Origin: a virus
Lineage: Duplodnaviria > Caudoviricetes
Virus record (IMG/VR): IMGVR_UViG_3300048599_000182
Span: 1-33,226 of that record
DNA: 33,226 nt
Direction: 5' to 3' (one strand)
Shown one piece after another: positions 16,764 through 26,028 of this stretch (position 1 is the first letter of the stretch; each line of letters opens with the position of its first letter). A program made the position numbers and the translations under genes. The notes under the pieces were generated by a model, which made no database searches, had not been told where the DNA came from, and saw only the letters and a program-made list of their open reading frames with translations.

Positions 16764-17549
16764 TCAGCAAGCAAGAAGTAACAACGCCTCTTCATCGCGA
16801 CGGCGGCGCTTTGCCGCCGCCTGTGATGCCGCCGCAGCCGCCGCTGTGCGTTCGGCCTGCACCGCCGCCATATCGATGGCCGGCGCCGGCGGCGCGATGG
16901 GTGAGGCCCGCAGCGGCTCGAACTGCGGCATGGTCCGCCGGTCGATCGGCAGGCCCGGCGCTTTCTTGGTGATCGCGGCGAGCCGGCGCGCGCGCTCCAA
17001 TTCCTCGAGATAGTGCCCGATGCCCTGATATCCGGGCTCATAGCCGTAGCCGGTCCAGACCAGCGGCGTATCATTGCCGGTGAACGTGAAGTGGCCCGGG
17101 TCCGCGTCCTCGCTCAGGGCTTCGTCGGGGTCGATGCCGACGAAGGTGAACGCGCCAGGCGCGGCCTCGAACTTGCGATCGAGCGTCGCGGCCTTCAATG
17201 ACATGGTGAAGGCGCCGCCGGCCGCCACCATCGACAGCTTTTCAGCGATCGGGACGCCGGTCAGCGTGTAGGAGCCGACCGAAACCGCTTCAATGATCTT
17301 GAAGGATGCCGCTACCGCGGTGAACGTGAACGTTCCCTTGACCGCGGCCTGCGAGATCCGGAGTTGCGCGGCCACCGGCGTGAAGGTGAACGCGCCAGAA
17401 ACCGCGGCTTCCGTGATCTTGAGCGAGATCGCCGGGGCGGCAAACGTGAAGCTGCCGGCATCCGCCGGCATGGTGATGTTGGAAACGCCGGCCTGCTGGA
17501 TTTGGCCGATGGCCAGCCGCCCGAGCGCGTCAAAGCCGAGAATGGACAT
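16764..17549 (-). CDS. Structural protein with seven 20-aa GxFTF repeats
   Basis: Repeats visible in both protein and DNA (60-bp period); C-terminus RRRRDEEALLLLAC. Confidence 0.75.
   Translation of the reverse strand: MSILGFDALGRLAIGQIQQAGVSNITMPADAGSFTFAAPAISLKITEAAVSGAFTFTPVAAQLRISQAAVKGTFTFTAVAASFKIIEAVSVGSYTLTGVPIAEKLSMVAAGGAFTMSLKAATLDRKFEAAPGAFTFVGIDPDEALSEDADPGHFTFTGNDTPLVWTGYGYEPGYQGIGHYLEELERARRLAAITKKAPGLPIDRRTMPQFEPLRASPIAPPAPAIDMAAVQAERTAAAAAASQAAAKRRRRDEEALLLLAC
17050..17456 (-). repeat. Seven degenerate 60-bp coding tandem repeats
   Basis: Cores such as TGAACGTGAA, CGAAGGTGAA and TGAAGGTGAA start at 17081, 17141, 17201, 17261, 17321, 17381 and 17441. Confidence 0.85.
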
Positions 17550-18247
17550 TACCTAATCCTGTAGGCCGTGAGCGTGCTGTCCTTGGAACTGCCGGTCAAA
17601 TTGAATTTGATCTGCCCATTTGTCGAGCCGACGTCCCTGACGTCGATCCTGATATTCCCGGCCGGCGAGGTGATGAAGCCACTCACCGGAATGGCAATCG
17701 AAAACCCGGCGGCCGCACTGGAAGATCGCCTGCTGTCGATCACAGTAGTTCCGTCCCACAATTTGACGTCAAAGCCGCTGGCGATCGCGCTGTTTAGGCA
17801 AGTCACAGCCCCGCTTGCGAACCACGTTCCGATTGACCCCTGCGCTACAGCCGGGCCAGCAAAGTAGTTCGCCGTATTGTTCAGGTTCACATCCGCCCCA
17901 AGGGAGGCCGTGATAGGCTGGACGCTGGCGATCGGCAGCAAATCCTCTGCGGCCGCGATTATCGCGACTTGGGGAGCCGCCGAGAAGTTGATTTTCGACG
18001 TGGTGCCGGCGGAATTGAACAGTACCGTATTGCGCGTCAGAACGCCGGTGCCGCTGTTATAGGTGCCGAAACCGACTTCCCATTGCGACAGGTTCGCGCT
18101 TTCGGCGCGGTAGCTGTAGACGCCGCCGTTCACCGCCCCGGCGGCGGCCGGGCTTTGATAGCCCGTAACCGCACTGGAATAGGTCCAATCGGTGGTGCCG
18201 CCAGCGGTCGGGTTGAACCGGCAGACGTTGACGAGAAGCGAAGCCAT
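17549..18247 (-). CDS. Putative fibre/adhesin-like structural protein
   Basis: QWEVGFGTY...LTR.TVL..S N-terminal domain followed by a Ser/Thr/Gly-rich beta C-terminal domain. Confidence 0.65.
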   Translation of the reverse strand: MASLLVNVCRFNPTAGGTTDWTYSSAVTGYQSPAAAGAVNGGVYSYRAESANLSQWEVGFGTYNSGTGVLTRNTVLFNSAGTTSKINFSAAPQVAIIAAAEDLLPIASVQPITASLGADVNLNNTANYFAGPAVAQGSIGTWFASGAVTCLNSAIASGFDVKLWDGTTVIDSRRSSSAAAGFSIAIPVSGFITSPAGNIRIDVRDVGSTNGQIKFNLTGSSKDSTLTAYRIR

Positions 18248-18250
18248 CGT

Positions 18251-18676
18251 TTACCCGTTCGTGAACACGCCGTTGGTGGTGTCGAGATTGACGGTGAAGC
18301 TGTTGCCGTTGGTGAGGATCACGGCTGCGCCATAGTCCCACCACCCGATGAGCGGATCGGCCGGCGACGTCGGCGTATCGTTGTAGAGAACGGCATACTG
18401 AAACGTTGCGATCGAGCCGCCCGCGGCCGTGAACACGACGGGTTGCAAAACGAGCTTCCAAATGCCGCCGGTCTGCGCCCAGGAAGTGAACGTTGCCGCA
18501 CCGCCGCCCGCCGTATAGCCATTGCCGGCGGCAATTTCGGTCAGGTTCGCTTTGATCGTGTTACCGGCCACCGGCGCCACGTTCGTCAGCATGACTTTCA
18601 GCGCGTCGGTATCGAGCTTGTGGACCTTGAGGCCCAAGTCGCCGATAAAGCAGGTGAACTTGTTAAAAGCGGCCAT
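18251..18676 (-). CDS. Conserved-looking small structural protein
   Basis: MAAFNKF...LKVMLTN...GNGYTAGG...LIGWWDYG; abuts the portal stop. Confidence 0.7.
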   Translation of the reverse strand: MAAFNKFTCFIGDLGLKVHKLDTDALKVMLTNVAPVAGNTIKANLTEIAAGNGYTAGGGAATFTSWAQTGGIWKLVLQPVVFTAAGGSIATFQYAVLYNDTPTSPADPLIGWWDYGAAVILTNGNSFTVNLDTTNGVFTNG

Positions 18677-20857
18677 TTAGCCATTCCCCATGGGTGCGAT
18701 GCCGACGATTTCGCCGGTCTGCGGATCTCGGATGAGTTGCTTCGGAGTGTTGAGCGCGGTCGCCAGCGCGGTCATTTCGCGGCGCATTTCGGCCATCATG
18801 CCGATAACGAGCGCGGCCACGTCGCCGCCGCCACCGCCCGGCACCGGCTGACCGTCTGGGCCCACCGCCGGCGGAGCAGTGAGGGCTTGCAGCATCGCCT
18901 TGTTCTGCGCTTCCTCGCGCGCGATCTGCGTCTTGGCCGCCGCCTCGCGCTGCATGGCCTCGATTTTCGCGTCCGACTGCGCCTTGTCGTTAGCCATCTT
19001 GGCCTGCGCTTTGTCGTTTTCGAGCTTCAAATCAGCATCGCGCTTTTGCTGTTCCGGATCGGGCTGCTGCTGCGACTGCTGAATGCTGTCCGAAATGTCC
19101 TTTTGCGCGGACGTCGGGAGCGGCGAGTACTTGAGCAGGGCAAGCCAGGTGGCAGGCGGCAGCATCTTGCCGATGACCGGCAAGAGCTGTTGCAGCATCG
19201 ACCAGGTGAGTTCCTTTTGGTTCGCCGACGTCGCGCTCTGGTCGACGATGACGTCATACTGTCCGCTGCCGGTGAACGCCTGTTTCCTGATGAGCGGGAC
19301 GAATTTCGCCGCGTCGTCGCCCTCGATCTTGATCAGGCGGCCATCGGCCAAATAGTGCTCGATGATGTAGAGCAGCAGTCGACCCTGCTCTTTCCGGTAG
19401 CGGCGAAGGCTATCGAACAGCGGTTGGAGGATGGTCAGCGCGGATTGTTTTCGCTGCAAATCGAGACTTGCGGCCTGCCCGGCCGACTGCTGCATGCCCA
19501 AAATCTCGACGTTCACGCCCGAGACGTCGCGAAGCGACTGATTGGCATACTGCATCAGTTCGAAAGAGCCGACCGGGAACTGCGAAACCGGCTTTTGCAT
19601 CATCTTCGGGTTGGCGCCGAGTGCTCCCGGTTTCAGAAACGTTACCTGATCCTGATGCGCCCACGACGCCTCGCCTTGCGCGTCGTTATCGAAGAACTGG
19701 CCCTTTTCCGCCGCTATCCCGCCTTTCGCGGTCGTGTTCATGATGTGCATCGTCTGCGACATCCACTTGTTGGACCAGCGCGCAGGGTCTTTCATCGCGC
19801 GGACGATGCCGAAAAACGTATTCTTGTTGCGATCGCGCTTGCCCGTCATGCACTTGAACGAAAAATGGTTCTTGCATGGAGCGTCGCCTACCTCGAGCAG
19901 CACATTGCCCAGATAGGCTTGCCGGAAAACCTTCCGGGTCGATTTGGTGAAGCGCAGCGAGCCGCCGGCCAGCTTCGCCTTCTGGCTCAGGGCCTCGAAT
20001 TCGTCTTTGCCGAGCGTCAGGATCTTGCCCGGTGTGGTCGGATCAATCACCAGCCAGGCCGGGACACGTTCCCACCACTGAACGCGAACCAGCGTGACGC
20101 CCTTATCCTCGTCTGCGTCCTCGCCGCGCTCTTCTTTGTTGTAGGTCTCGCCGTCGTTGTGGTTCGGCTCTTCGCCATCCTTGTCGTCGCCGAGCCATGA
20201 GGCGTTGTAATCGGCATCCTCGAACGGCCGGCCAGGAGCGCCAGGGCAAAGCGCCCGCGCCTCATCAATCGGAACGTCGCGGCGGATATGAGCGACGCGA
20301 CGCGCATCGACCAGGTTTCGCTTCTTGGCCCCGATATCCCAGACCATTTCGAGCGGGTCGGTCCGGTCAATCTTCGGGTCGCCCTCCGGATTGTCCTCGT
20401 AATCGAGCCGGGTTTCAGTCCAGCCCATTCCGCAAACCACCATGTCGCGGAAGGCGTCGCTTTCTTCGTCCTCGGCGTCGCACTGCTGGCGGAACCACTT
20501 CGCTGCCGACGTCAGCAGCTCGTTGACAACGACGTCGCCCTCTTCGCGCGGCAGATATTGGACTTCCTGCCGGTTACCGACCTCTTGGCCGGCCACGGCG
20601 TCGACCGTCGTTCCCACGCGGTTGAAAATCACGATCGGACGCTTTGCGTCCATCAGGATCGACTTATCGGTCTCGCTCAGTTGCTCGCCGGCCTCAAAGT
20701 CGAAGTCCTCGCGGGCTTCCTTGCGCCAGGCTACTTGCCCCTTGCTGTTGCGGTCGTTCTTTACCCACCGCTTGAGCTTGGAGAACAGCGCGTCGGCATC
20801 TTCGACCGTTTCGCGCGCCTTACCGCCGCCCTGCATGCCGCCCGCGTCGTTCAACAT
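18677..20857 (-). CDS. Portal protein (P22-like)
   Basis: AREDFDFEAGEQ, RPIVIFNR, CGMGW, GIVRAMKDP and YDVIVDQ motifs; long C-terminal coiled coil. Confidence 0.92.
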   Translation of the reverse strand: MLNDAGGMQGGGKARETVEDADALFSKLKRWVKNDRNSKGQVAWRKEAREDFDFEAGEQLSETDKSILMDAKRPIVIFNRVGTTVDAVAGQEVGNRQEVQYLPREEGDVVVNELLTSAAKWFRQQCDAEDEESDAFRDMVVCGMGWTETRLDYEDNPEGDPKIDRTDPLEMVWDIGAKKRNLVDARRVAHIRRDVPIDEARALCPGAPGRPFEDADYNASWLGDDKDGEEPNHNDGETYNKEERGEDADEDKGVTLVRVQWWERVPAWLVIDPTTPGKILTLGKDEFEALSQKAKLAGGSLRFTKSTRKVFRQAYLGNVLLEVGDAPCKNHFSFKCMTGKRDRNKNTFFGIVRAMKDPARWSNKWMSQTMHIMNTTAKGGIAAEKGQFFDNDAQGEASWAHQDQVTFLKPGALGANPKMMQKPVSQFPVGSFELMQYANQSLRDVSGVNVEILGMQQSAGQAASLDLQRKQSALTILQPLFDSLRRYRKEQGRLLLYIIEHYLADGRLIKIEGDDAAKFVPLIRKQAFTGSGQYDVIVDQSATSANQKELTWSMLQQLLPVIGKMLPPATWLALLKYSPLPTSAQKDISDSIQQSQQQPDPEQQKRDADLKLENDKAQAKMANDKAQSDAKIEAMQREAAAKTQIAREEAQNKAMLQALTAPPAVGPDGQPVPGGGGGDVAALVIGMMAEMRREMTALATALNTPKQLIRDPQTGEIVGIAPMGNG

Positions 20858-20930
20858 CGCGATCTATCGTCCTGAAACAGTGGTGCCCCCGAGCCGCCAG
20901 AGTGACGGCCCAGGGGCTTGCGCGCGGGGT

Positions 20931-21212
20931 TTATTCCACAAAGCCCCAAATGGGCTCGATATCGAGCTTGAAACTGTTGGAGAACTTGCCGTCGACCACC
21001 TTGTTATTGACGTAGGCGGGCGACTGGCTGCCGCTGGCATAGACCTTGACCACCGAGGCGTCGGGCATCGCCGACAGCGCGGCCTCGATAGCCGCAAGCG
21101 CCATCGACTTGAGGCTCTGTTCGGGCTCGGCGCACTTGATGAATTCCATTTCCGTGCGCGCCTTGGCGGCGACGGCTGACGGCTTACCGATGGCGTTAAA
21201 CGACCAAGACAT
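20931..21212 (-). CDS. Hypothetical protein between TerL and portal
   Basis: GGAG RBS; MSWSF start. Confidence 0.65.
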   Translation of the reverse strand: MSWSFNAIGKPSAVAAKARTEMEFIKCAEPEQSLKSMALAAIEAALSAMPDASVVKVYASGSQSPAYVNNKVVDGKFSNSFKLDIEPIWGFVE

Positions 21213-21289
21213 TGCGGGCTTTCTCCGGTTTGGCTGAAATTTCGGATGCTTCCGACCTACACCCGCGCCGGAAATGATTTTTCCCGGCC

Positions 21290-22612
21290 CTACGCGCTTT
21301 CCCAAGAGCCGCTACCCGAGCTGCGGCGCGACGAATACCGTTGCCGAGCCGGCGGAGCGCCGTCCGGCTGGTCATAGTGGATGCACATCAGGCCGTAGGC
21401 GTCGGCGCCGTGCGAACTCCAATCGTGGTTCGGCCCGAGCCCGATGTTTCGATCATCGTTCGATTTCTTCTCGTGATACCAGCCCAGCGCATCGCGGCCG
21501 GGCTCCGTGGTTGCCTCGTTGAACCAGACCCGAGGAAAGTGCCGCCGGGCGGTTTCGATGCGCGCAGAGGCCGCGCCCGCGCCCTGGTTGGGCACCACAA
21601 GCACGTCGAAGCCGGCTTCCCGGATCGCGCTTTCGTATGACGTCGCAAACACCTTGTCGCCGTGCGCGCCGTCATGCGGCAGCACCACCCATGCCTTGCC
21701 CCAGCCGCGGGACCGCAGCCAGTCGATATGGACGGAAAGCGGTTGTCCCTGCGCTTCGTAATAGTCCAGGACGTTGATTTTCTGCCCGACGAATTGGGCA
21801 ACCCAGATTGAGACCGCGTCCGCGCGCGCGCCGGTCCCGCCTATGTCGAAATAGGCGCGGGTCTGCATCAGTGGGTCGACCGGGACGAAGGTTATCCGGT
21901 TCTGCTCTTTGGCTTGCAGCAGCAGCTTGGCGTAGTAAGCGCCCTCGACCACGGTCCGGAAGCCGCCGTTCCATACCCAATCATATTGATCGGGCCGGTT
22001 TTCGAGATCATCGAGCCGGGTTTTGTTGAGGATCGCAGGGAAGAACGGGTTGTCGCGCCAGTTCAGTTCGATGATTTTCGAGCCGGCCGGCGGCTTTTCG
22101 CGGAAACGCTTGTGTGTCGCGCTGTTCTTGCGATCGGGATTCCAGGTCACCCAGATTTCCGCGCCCTCTTCGCGGACAGTCGGGATGGTGACGGCCCAGC
22201 CGTTCTCTGAAACCGGTTCGGCCTCATCGACCCATAGCAGCAGAATTCGAGCCTTCGACTTGATGCTATCGAGATTGTGCCGAAGGCCGGCAAACACGAA
22301 CGAAATCCGCCGACATTTGGTCCGGATATAGGTTTCGCCGACGTCGAAGAAGTCCGCAAGCCACGGCTCGGAGGCAATAGCGCCCTTCACTTCCGCAAAC
22401 GAGCTGTCAGCCAGCGAATTCATGAACTCGCGGCCACATAGGATAATCCCCTCGCGCCCTTCCGTGGCCCACATCATCGCGCGCACGGCCGCCATCTTGG
22501 CGAACGATCGCGTTTTGGCCGAGCCGCGACCGCCATAGGCGCCGCGAAACATCGCCTCGCCTGTAAAGACCGGAATAAGTTTCGGGGGTAGCTTGATCTG
22601 CGCGGCGGTCAC
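21290..22612 (-). CDS. terL: Terminase large subunit (PBSX/XtmB-like)
   Basis: Walker A YGGRGSAKT, Walker B LWVDEAE, TWNP, nuclease FDIG and SHGADA; GTGA overlap with the HNH gene. Confidence 0.95.
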   Translation of the reverse strand: MTAAQIKLPPKLIPVFTGEAMFRGAYGGRGSAKTRSFAKMAAVRAMMWATEGREGIILCGREFMNSLADSSFAEVKGAIASEPWLADFFDVGETYIRTKCRRISFVFAGLRHNLDSIKSKARILLLWVDEAEPVSENGWAVTIPTVREEGAEIWVTWNPDRKNSATHKRFREKPPAGSKIIELNWRDNPFFPAILNKTRLDDLENRPDQYDWVWNGGFRTVVEGAYYAKLLLQAKEQNRITFVPVDPLMQTRAYFDIGGTGARADAVSIWVAQFVGQKINVLDYYEAQGQPLSVHIDWLRSRGWGKAWVVLPHDGAHGDKVFATSYESAIREAGFDVLVVPNQGAGAASARIETARRHFPRVWFNEATTEPGRDALGWYHEKKSNDDRNIGLGPNHDWSSHGADAYGLMCIHYDQPDGAPPARQRYSSRRSSGSGSWESA

Positions 22613-23070
22613 AAGTGAGCCCACCGCTTTCCGGCTTTGATCCGGCTGATTTGCTGGTTGCTAATGCCAAACCGCTTTGCGCAAGCGCGCTGGGTTTCAG
22701 TAGAAGCCCGAATGGCAATGATATCAGCCTCGCTCAGCTTAGCGCCGCCGCGGACTGTGCGCCGGCGCCAAATGCTATGGCCGCGCGCCTGACGGCCTTT
22801 GGCCACCTTGTCGGCCGTATTTTCGGCATTCGTGCCAAGGAAAAGGTGGTCGGGATTTACGCATCCACGATTGTCGCAGCTATGGCAGACGAAAAACCCG
22901 GTCGCGATTGGACCATGGTGCAGCTCATAGCTGACGCGATGAGCCTCGCACGCCTTGTCGCCGATCTGGAAACGGCCATAGCCCTTTCCCTTCCCGGCAG
23001 TCCATTCCCAGCAACCGCTTTCGCCGCCCTTGTCGACCTTGGCAAAAAATCTTTGCTCAAGCGATTTCAT
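22609..23070 (-). CDS. HNH endonuclease
   Basis: CWEW...AHRVSY...VCHSCDNRGCVNPDHL..GT..EN followed by a C-terminal HTH. Confidence 0.9.
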   Translation of the reverse strand: MKSLEQRFFAKVDKGGESGCWEWTAGKGKGYGRFQIGDKACEAHRVSYELHHGPIATGFFVCHSCDNRGCVNPDHLFLGTNAENTADKVAKGRQARGHSIWRRRTVRGGAKLSEADIIAIRASTETQRACAKRFGISNQQISRIKAGKRWAHL

Positions 23071-23198
23071 CGCGCGGCCCAGGCACCCTCGATCGCGACC
23101 GCGGCGAGCAGGAAAACCCACCACATGGATTTGTCGCCGAGCAGGGCTACACCGGCGACAGCCGCACAGGTGGCGGCAACAGCGTGAACATTGAGCAT
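23067..23198 (-). CDS. 43-aa membrane peptide
   Basis: GGAGAA RBS; MLNVHAVAAT...WWVFLLAAVAIEGAWAAR; ATGA overlap with the HNH gene. Confidence 0.55.
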   Translation of the reverse strand: MLNVHAVAATCAAVAGVALLGDKSMWWVFLLAAVAIEGAWAAR

Positions 23199-23232
23199 CG
23201 TTACTTCTCCGTTTCAGAAACGTTTCACGCAA

Positions 23233-23538
23233 TCAGGCGACGAGCCCATTTTCAGCGCGCAGCGAACCGCGCTCGATCTGGCGCAGGCGCCGGGCCACGG
23301 CGCGCTTACCGTTCAGGCCAGCAGCGGCATTCCGCGCCGAGTATCCGGAACGCTTCCGGGACCGATCCATCTGGCGATTGTCGCGCATCGCTTGGTCATA
23401 GATGCCCATCTGTACGAGCTTGCCGAGCAGCGCATCAGCGGCGAAGGAAATCTCAGACGTTCCCGCCGCCGCCATCAAGTTAACGAAGTGCTGGGCTGTT
23501 CTCGCCGCCGGCGCCGGCCTACGCATTGGTCCGTGCAT
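23233..23538 (-). CDS. Hypothetical protein with a basic C-terminus
   Basis: AAAGGGA RBS before MHGPMRR. Confidence 0.55.
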   Translation of the reverse strand: MHGPMRRPAPAARTAQHFVNLMAAAGTSEISFAADALLGKLVQMGIYDQAMRDNRQMDRSRKRSGYSARNAAAGLNGKRAVARRLRQIERGSLRAENGLVA

Positions 23539-23605
23539 GTAGTTCCCTTTCGTTGGTGGTTGAAACGTTTCGTCATTCAGGCAATTCGAAACCGAATGCT
23601 TGCCG

Positions 23606-24058
23606 TCAATGACCATCCAAGAACGCCGCGCGCCGCGCCCGCAGATCCTCGCGGGACTTCCGCAGGCGAAGCCGGGCGAGCGCCTGCCTCGTTGCCGAGG
23701 TGCCTGTCATCATGGTTCGCAGCCGCGCCTTGTCGGCCGCAGGGATGGACCAGCCACCCGACCCCCATTCGGTGCGGACCTCAATGCCGACCTTTTCGAG
23801 CGCCTTGCGGACCTTCACCATCTGGACGTCGATCAGCTTCGCGTCGGGCTGATCGCAGTCCGGACGGCCGCCAACCAGGGCGATGAAAAGTGCCTCGCGC
23901 GTCGCGACCGCGCGCTTGAGCATGAACCCGACCATTTCGCATTGCTGCGGCGTGGCATCGAGAACGGTCAGCAGCCGCGAAACGTCGTCATTGCCGACGC
24001 CTAGCAGCGCCTCCAACTCGTGTACGCGGTCCTGTAACCGTTGCTCTAAGCTGCTCAC
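23606..24058 (-). CDS. Winged-helix DNA-binding protein (OmpR C-terminal-like, no receiver domain)
   Basis: TREAL...LIDVQMVKVRKAL...IEVRTEWGSG. Confidence 0.75.
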   Translation of the reverse strand: MSSLEQRLQDRVHELEALLGVGNDDVSRLLTVLDATPQQCEMVGFMLKRAVATREALFIALVGGRPDCDQPDAKLIDVQMVKVRKALEKVGIEVRTEWGSGGWSIPAADKARLRTMMTGTSATRQALARLRLRKSREDLRARRAAFLDGH

Positions 24059-24076
24059 GGATGCCCCCGAGGTGGA

Positions 24077-24397
24077 TCAGTAGCTGGTGACAGGCCGGGC
24101 GCTGTAGCCCATGGCCTTGTCCATCGCCTCAAACGTGGTTGGCTTGCCGTCAGCGGTCATCGGCTCACGCGGGCCGCCGGACTTCGCGAAATCCACCAAG
24201 CCGATGCCGGCGGAGATGCCCTTCCCTTGCTGCGACGGATCCAGCTTGGAGGCAACGAAGCTCATCGCCTCGCCGATCGTCGTGCAGGCGAACAACTGCA
24301 TAGCCAGCGTACTGCGATCGAACCGATAGGCACCATCGGTTATGACGAAGCCACCGCTGGGCATCCGCTCGACAATCAGGCTGAAATATTCGCTCAT
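24077..24397 (-). CDS. Hypothetical protein
   Basis: ORF coupled to the upstream micro-ORF. Confidence 0.6.
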   Translation of the reverse strand: MSEYFSLIVERMPSGGFVITDGAYRFDRSTLAMQLFACTTIGEAMSFVASKLDPSQQGKGISAGIGLVDFAKSGGPREPMTADGKPTTFEAMDKAMGYSARPVTSY

Positions 24398-24471
24398 CGC
24401 TCACCCTTCCCTTTGTCGCCGTCGAAGCCCGACAGCACGGCATTCCAGAACAGCCAGGGCCAGAACAGCAT
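24394..24471 (-). CDS. 25-aa peptide MLFWPWLFWNAVLSGFDGDKGKGER
   Basis: Start and stop overlap the neighbours on both sides. Confidence 0.45.
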   Translation of the reverse strand: MLFWPWLFWNAVLSGFDGDKGKGER

Positions 24472-24746
24472 CAGCGCAGCTCCCGCCGATCAATGAACAG
24501 ATCGAAGAACCAGCAGCCCCAGCGCGTGTAGAACCAAAGGCGCCGGCGGGTTGAGGGTTCGTGTCCCTCAAGATCGCAAAGCGTCCACGAAATCAGACGC
24601 CACCACGGCCAGGTCTGCGGTCCGTGGTCCGTCGAACTCCAGCGAACGCGCGAATAGACGAACAGCACCGGATAGGTGTTGAGCGTCGGCGGAACCCGGA
24701 ACGTCAGGTCGCGCCATTCCCAATGACCTTCACGACAGCCCATCAT
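24471..24746 (-). CDS. Trp-rich hypothetical protein
   Basis: Coupled ORF within the operon. Confidence 0.5.
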   Translation of the reverse strand: MMGCREGHWEWRDLTFRVPPTLNTYPVLFVYSRVRWSSTDHGPQTWPWWRLISWTLCDLEGHEPSTRRRLWFYTRWGCWFFDLFIDRRELR

Positions 24747-24823
24747 TCACCTGAGACAGTTGCCGCAGGCAAAGCCGATATCGGCCGCTGCGATTGACCG
24801 GGCGCGCGCGGGCGAGCGTTCAT
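24743..24823 (-). CDS. 26-aa linker ORF
   Basis: ATGA overlaps at both ends. Confidence 0.35.
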   Translation of the reverse strand: MNARPRAPGQSQRPISALPAATVSGE

Positions 24824-25119
24824 GCGTCACCGCCGGCCGGAAACTCAGCCGCAACCAGCTCGATCCGGGTAATGGTCTCAAACGGTCCGTCCTCGCCGTT
24901 CTCGATCGAAACAGCCGGCTTGCCGTCAAGGCGATCGGCGATGAATGACGCAGCGGCCAGGTCGCCGGCTTCCGCCAGCTTGATAACCTTCTTGGCAATG
25001 GCGCGCAAAGCCTTGCTGTTCTCGCCAGCTTCGGCGAGTTCCATACGCAAGGCATCAGCGAACGGCTTTTCCTTCTTCCGCCCGCCGGGGTTGCCTGAGC
25101 GACCTTTCTCAAAGGCCAT
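24820..25119 (-). CDS. terS: Terminase small subunit (DUF5681-like N-terminus)
   Basis: FEKGRSGNPGGR, AEAGDLAAA and DRLDGKP motifs; upstream of TerL. Confidence 0.8.
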   Translation of the reverse strand: MAFEKGRSGNPGGRKKEKPFADALRMELAEAGENSKALRAIAKKVIKLAEAGDLAAASFIADRLDGKPAVSIENGEDGPFETITRIELVAAEFPAGGDA

Positions 25120-25355
25120 TATGCGGCCCTCGCGAATTCGCCATGGTGCTTGGCTGCACCATCCGCATAAGCAGCTTGAGCAGCGCCCTTGGTCTCCTTG
25201 CGCGCCGCATACACAGTGCGGTCGCCAGCCAAGGTATACCAATTGTGACGACCGATCAGAGCAATGTCAGCCGCATCGATAACCGCCTCGTACCCTCGCG
25301 TCAGCGGGATATAAGCAAGCTCGCCGTCAATCCTCGGCTCACGCTTCGTCTTCAC
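25119..25355 (-). pseudogene. Internally deleted HNH-AP2 homing endonuclease remnant (still an open frame)
   Basis: N-terminal IPLTRGYEAVIDAAD...NW...YA joined directly to an AP2-type tail AAQAAY...KHHGEFA; the HNH core is absent. Confidence 0.65.
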
Positions 25356-25414
25356 TGTTTGCCCTTTTCGAATGCCATTGTTCTGAATTGGTACAGTATT
25401 GAGGGGGTTGCGGA

Positions 25415-25936
25415 TTACTCGCCCTGGTCCAAGCCAAGGTCGTTGCTGATCTGGCCGAGTTCAGCCATGACGTCGGAGGCTTCGCTCTTGATGGCGTCGG
25501 CCATTTTCCCGGCTACGTGAGCCGTCGCCACCTTGGCGTCGTTGAGCATGCTGACGGCCTCGCCGACCCTTGCCTTGCCATCGCGGCGGGCTTGGGCCAC
25601 GCCCTCTCGCGCTTCGTCCATCATGGCGCGAAGGTCAGCGGCGAAGCTGCCGGGCTTGGGTGCGGACATGGGTTCGGCCTTTCGTGGTTCGGGGTTCAGC
25701 GCGACAGACGGGATGAGGGAGGCGGATTGTTTGCTCTCCAGCGATCGGCCGAATTTCGCCATGTCCGCGGTGGCGCGGATTGCGGCGTCAATCTCCTGGT
25801 CGGTAGCGGTGGGGTCGACCGCGACAATCAGGCCATCGAAGCCGAACACTTGCCGGCCGCCTATCGGCGTCATGGTCAGGCCCTCAATGCCCGGGACGTC
25901 CGCCAGTCTCAGCTTCAAGTCGTGAATGTTGCTCAT
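25415..25936 (-). CDS. Hypothetical protein, first gene of the presumed late region
   Basis: 173-aa ORF with a helical C-half. Confidence 0.65.
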   Translation of the reverse strand: MSNIHDLKLRLADVPGIEGLTMTPIGGRQVFGFDGLIVAVDPTATDQEIDAAIRATADMAKFGRSLESKQSASLIPSVALNPEPRKAEPMSAPKPGSFAADLRAMMDEAREGVAQARRDGKARVGEAVSMLNDAKVATAHVAGKMADAIKSEASDVMAELGQISNDLGLDQGE

Positions 25937-26028
25937 CGCTCAACCAAGCCTGATTTGCGGGTTGCGTCGCAACGTTGATTGTTACGCGCGGTACTGCTTT
26001 CAGTTGAGAACTGTGGGGACAACTTCAC

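Noticed and set aside
17050-17456. 60-bp periodicity as a CRISPR or mini-array
   Set aside because: Conservation is at the amino-acid level in an open frame; there are no identical DNA repeats and no cas genes.
17969-20200. 743-aa + strand ORF
   Set aside because: Antisense shadow of the portal and neighbouring genes; no motifs, expected in GC-rich DNA.
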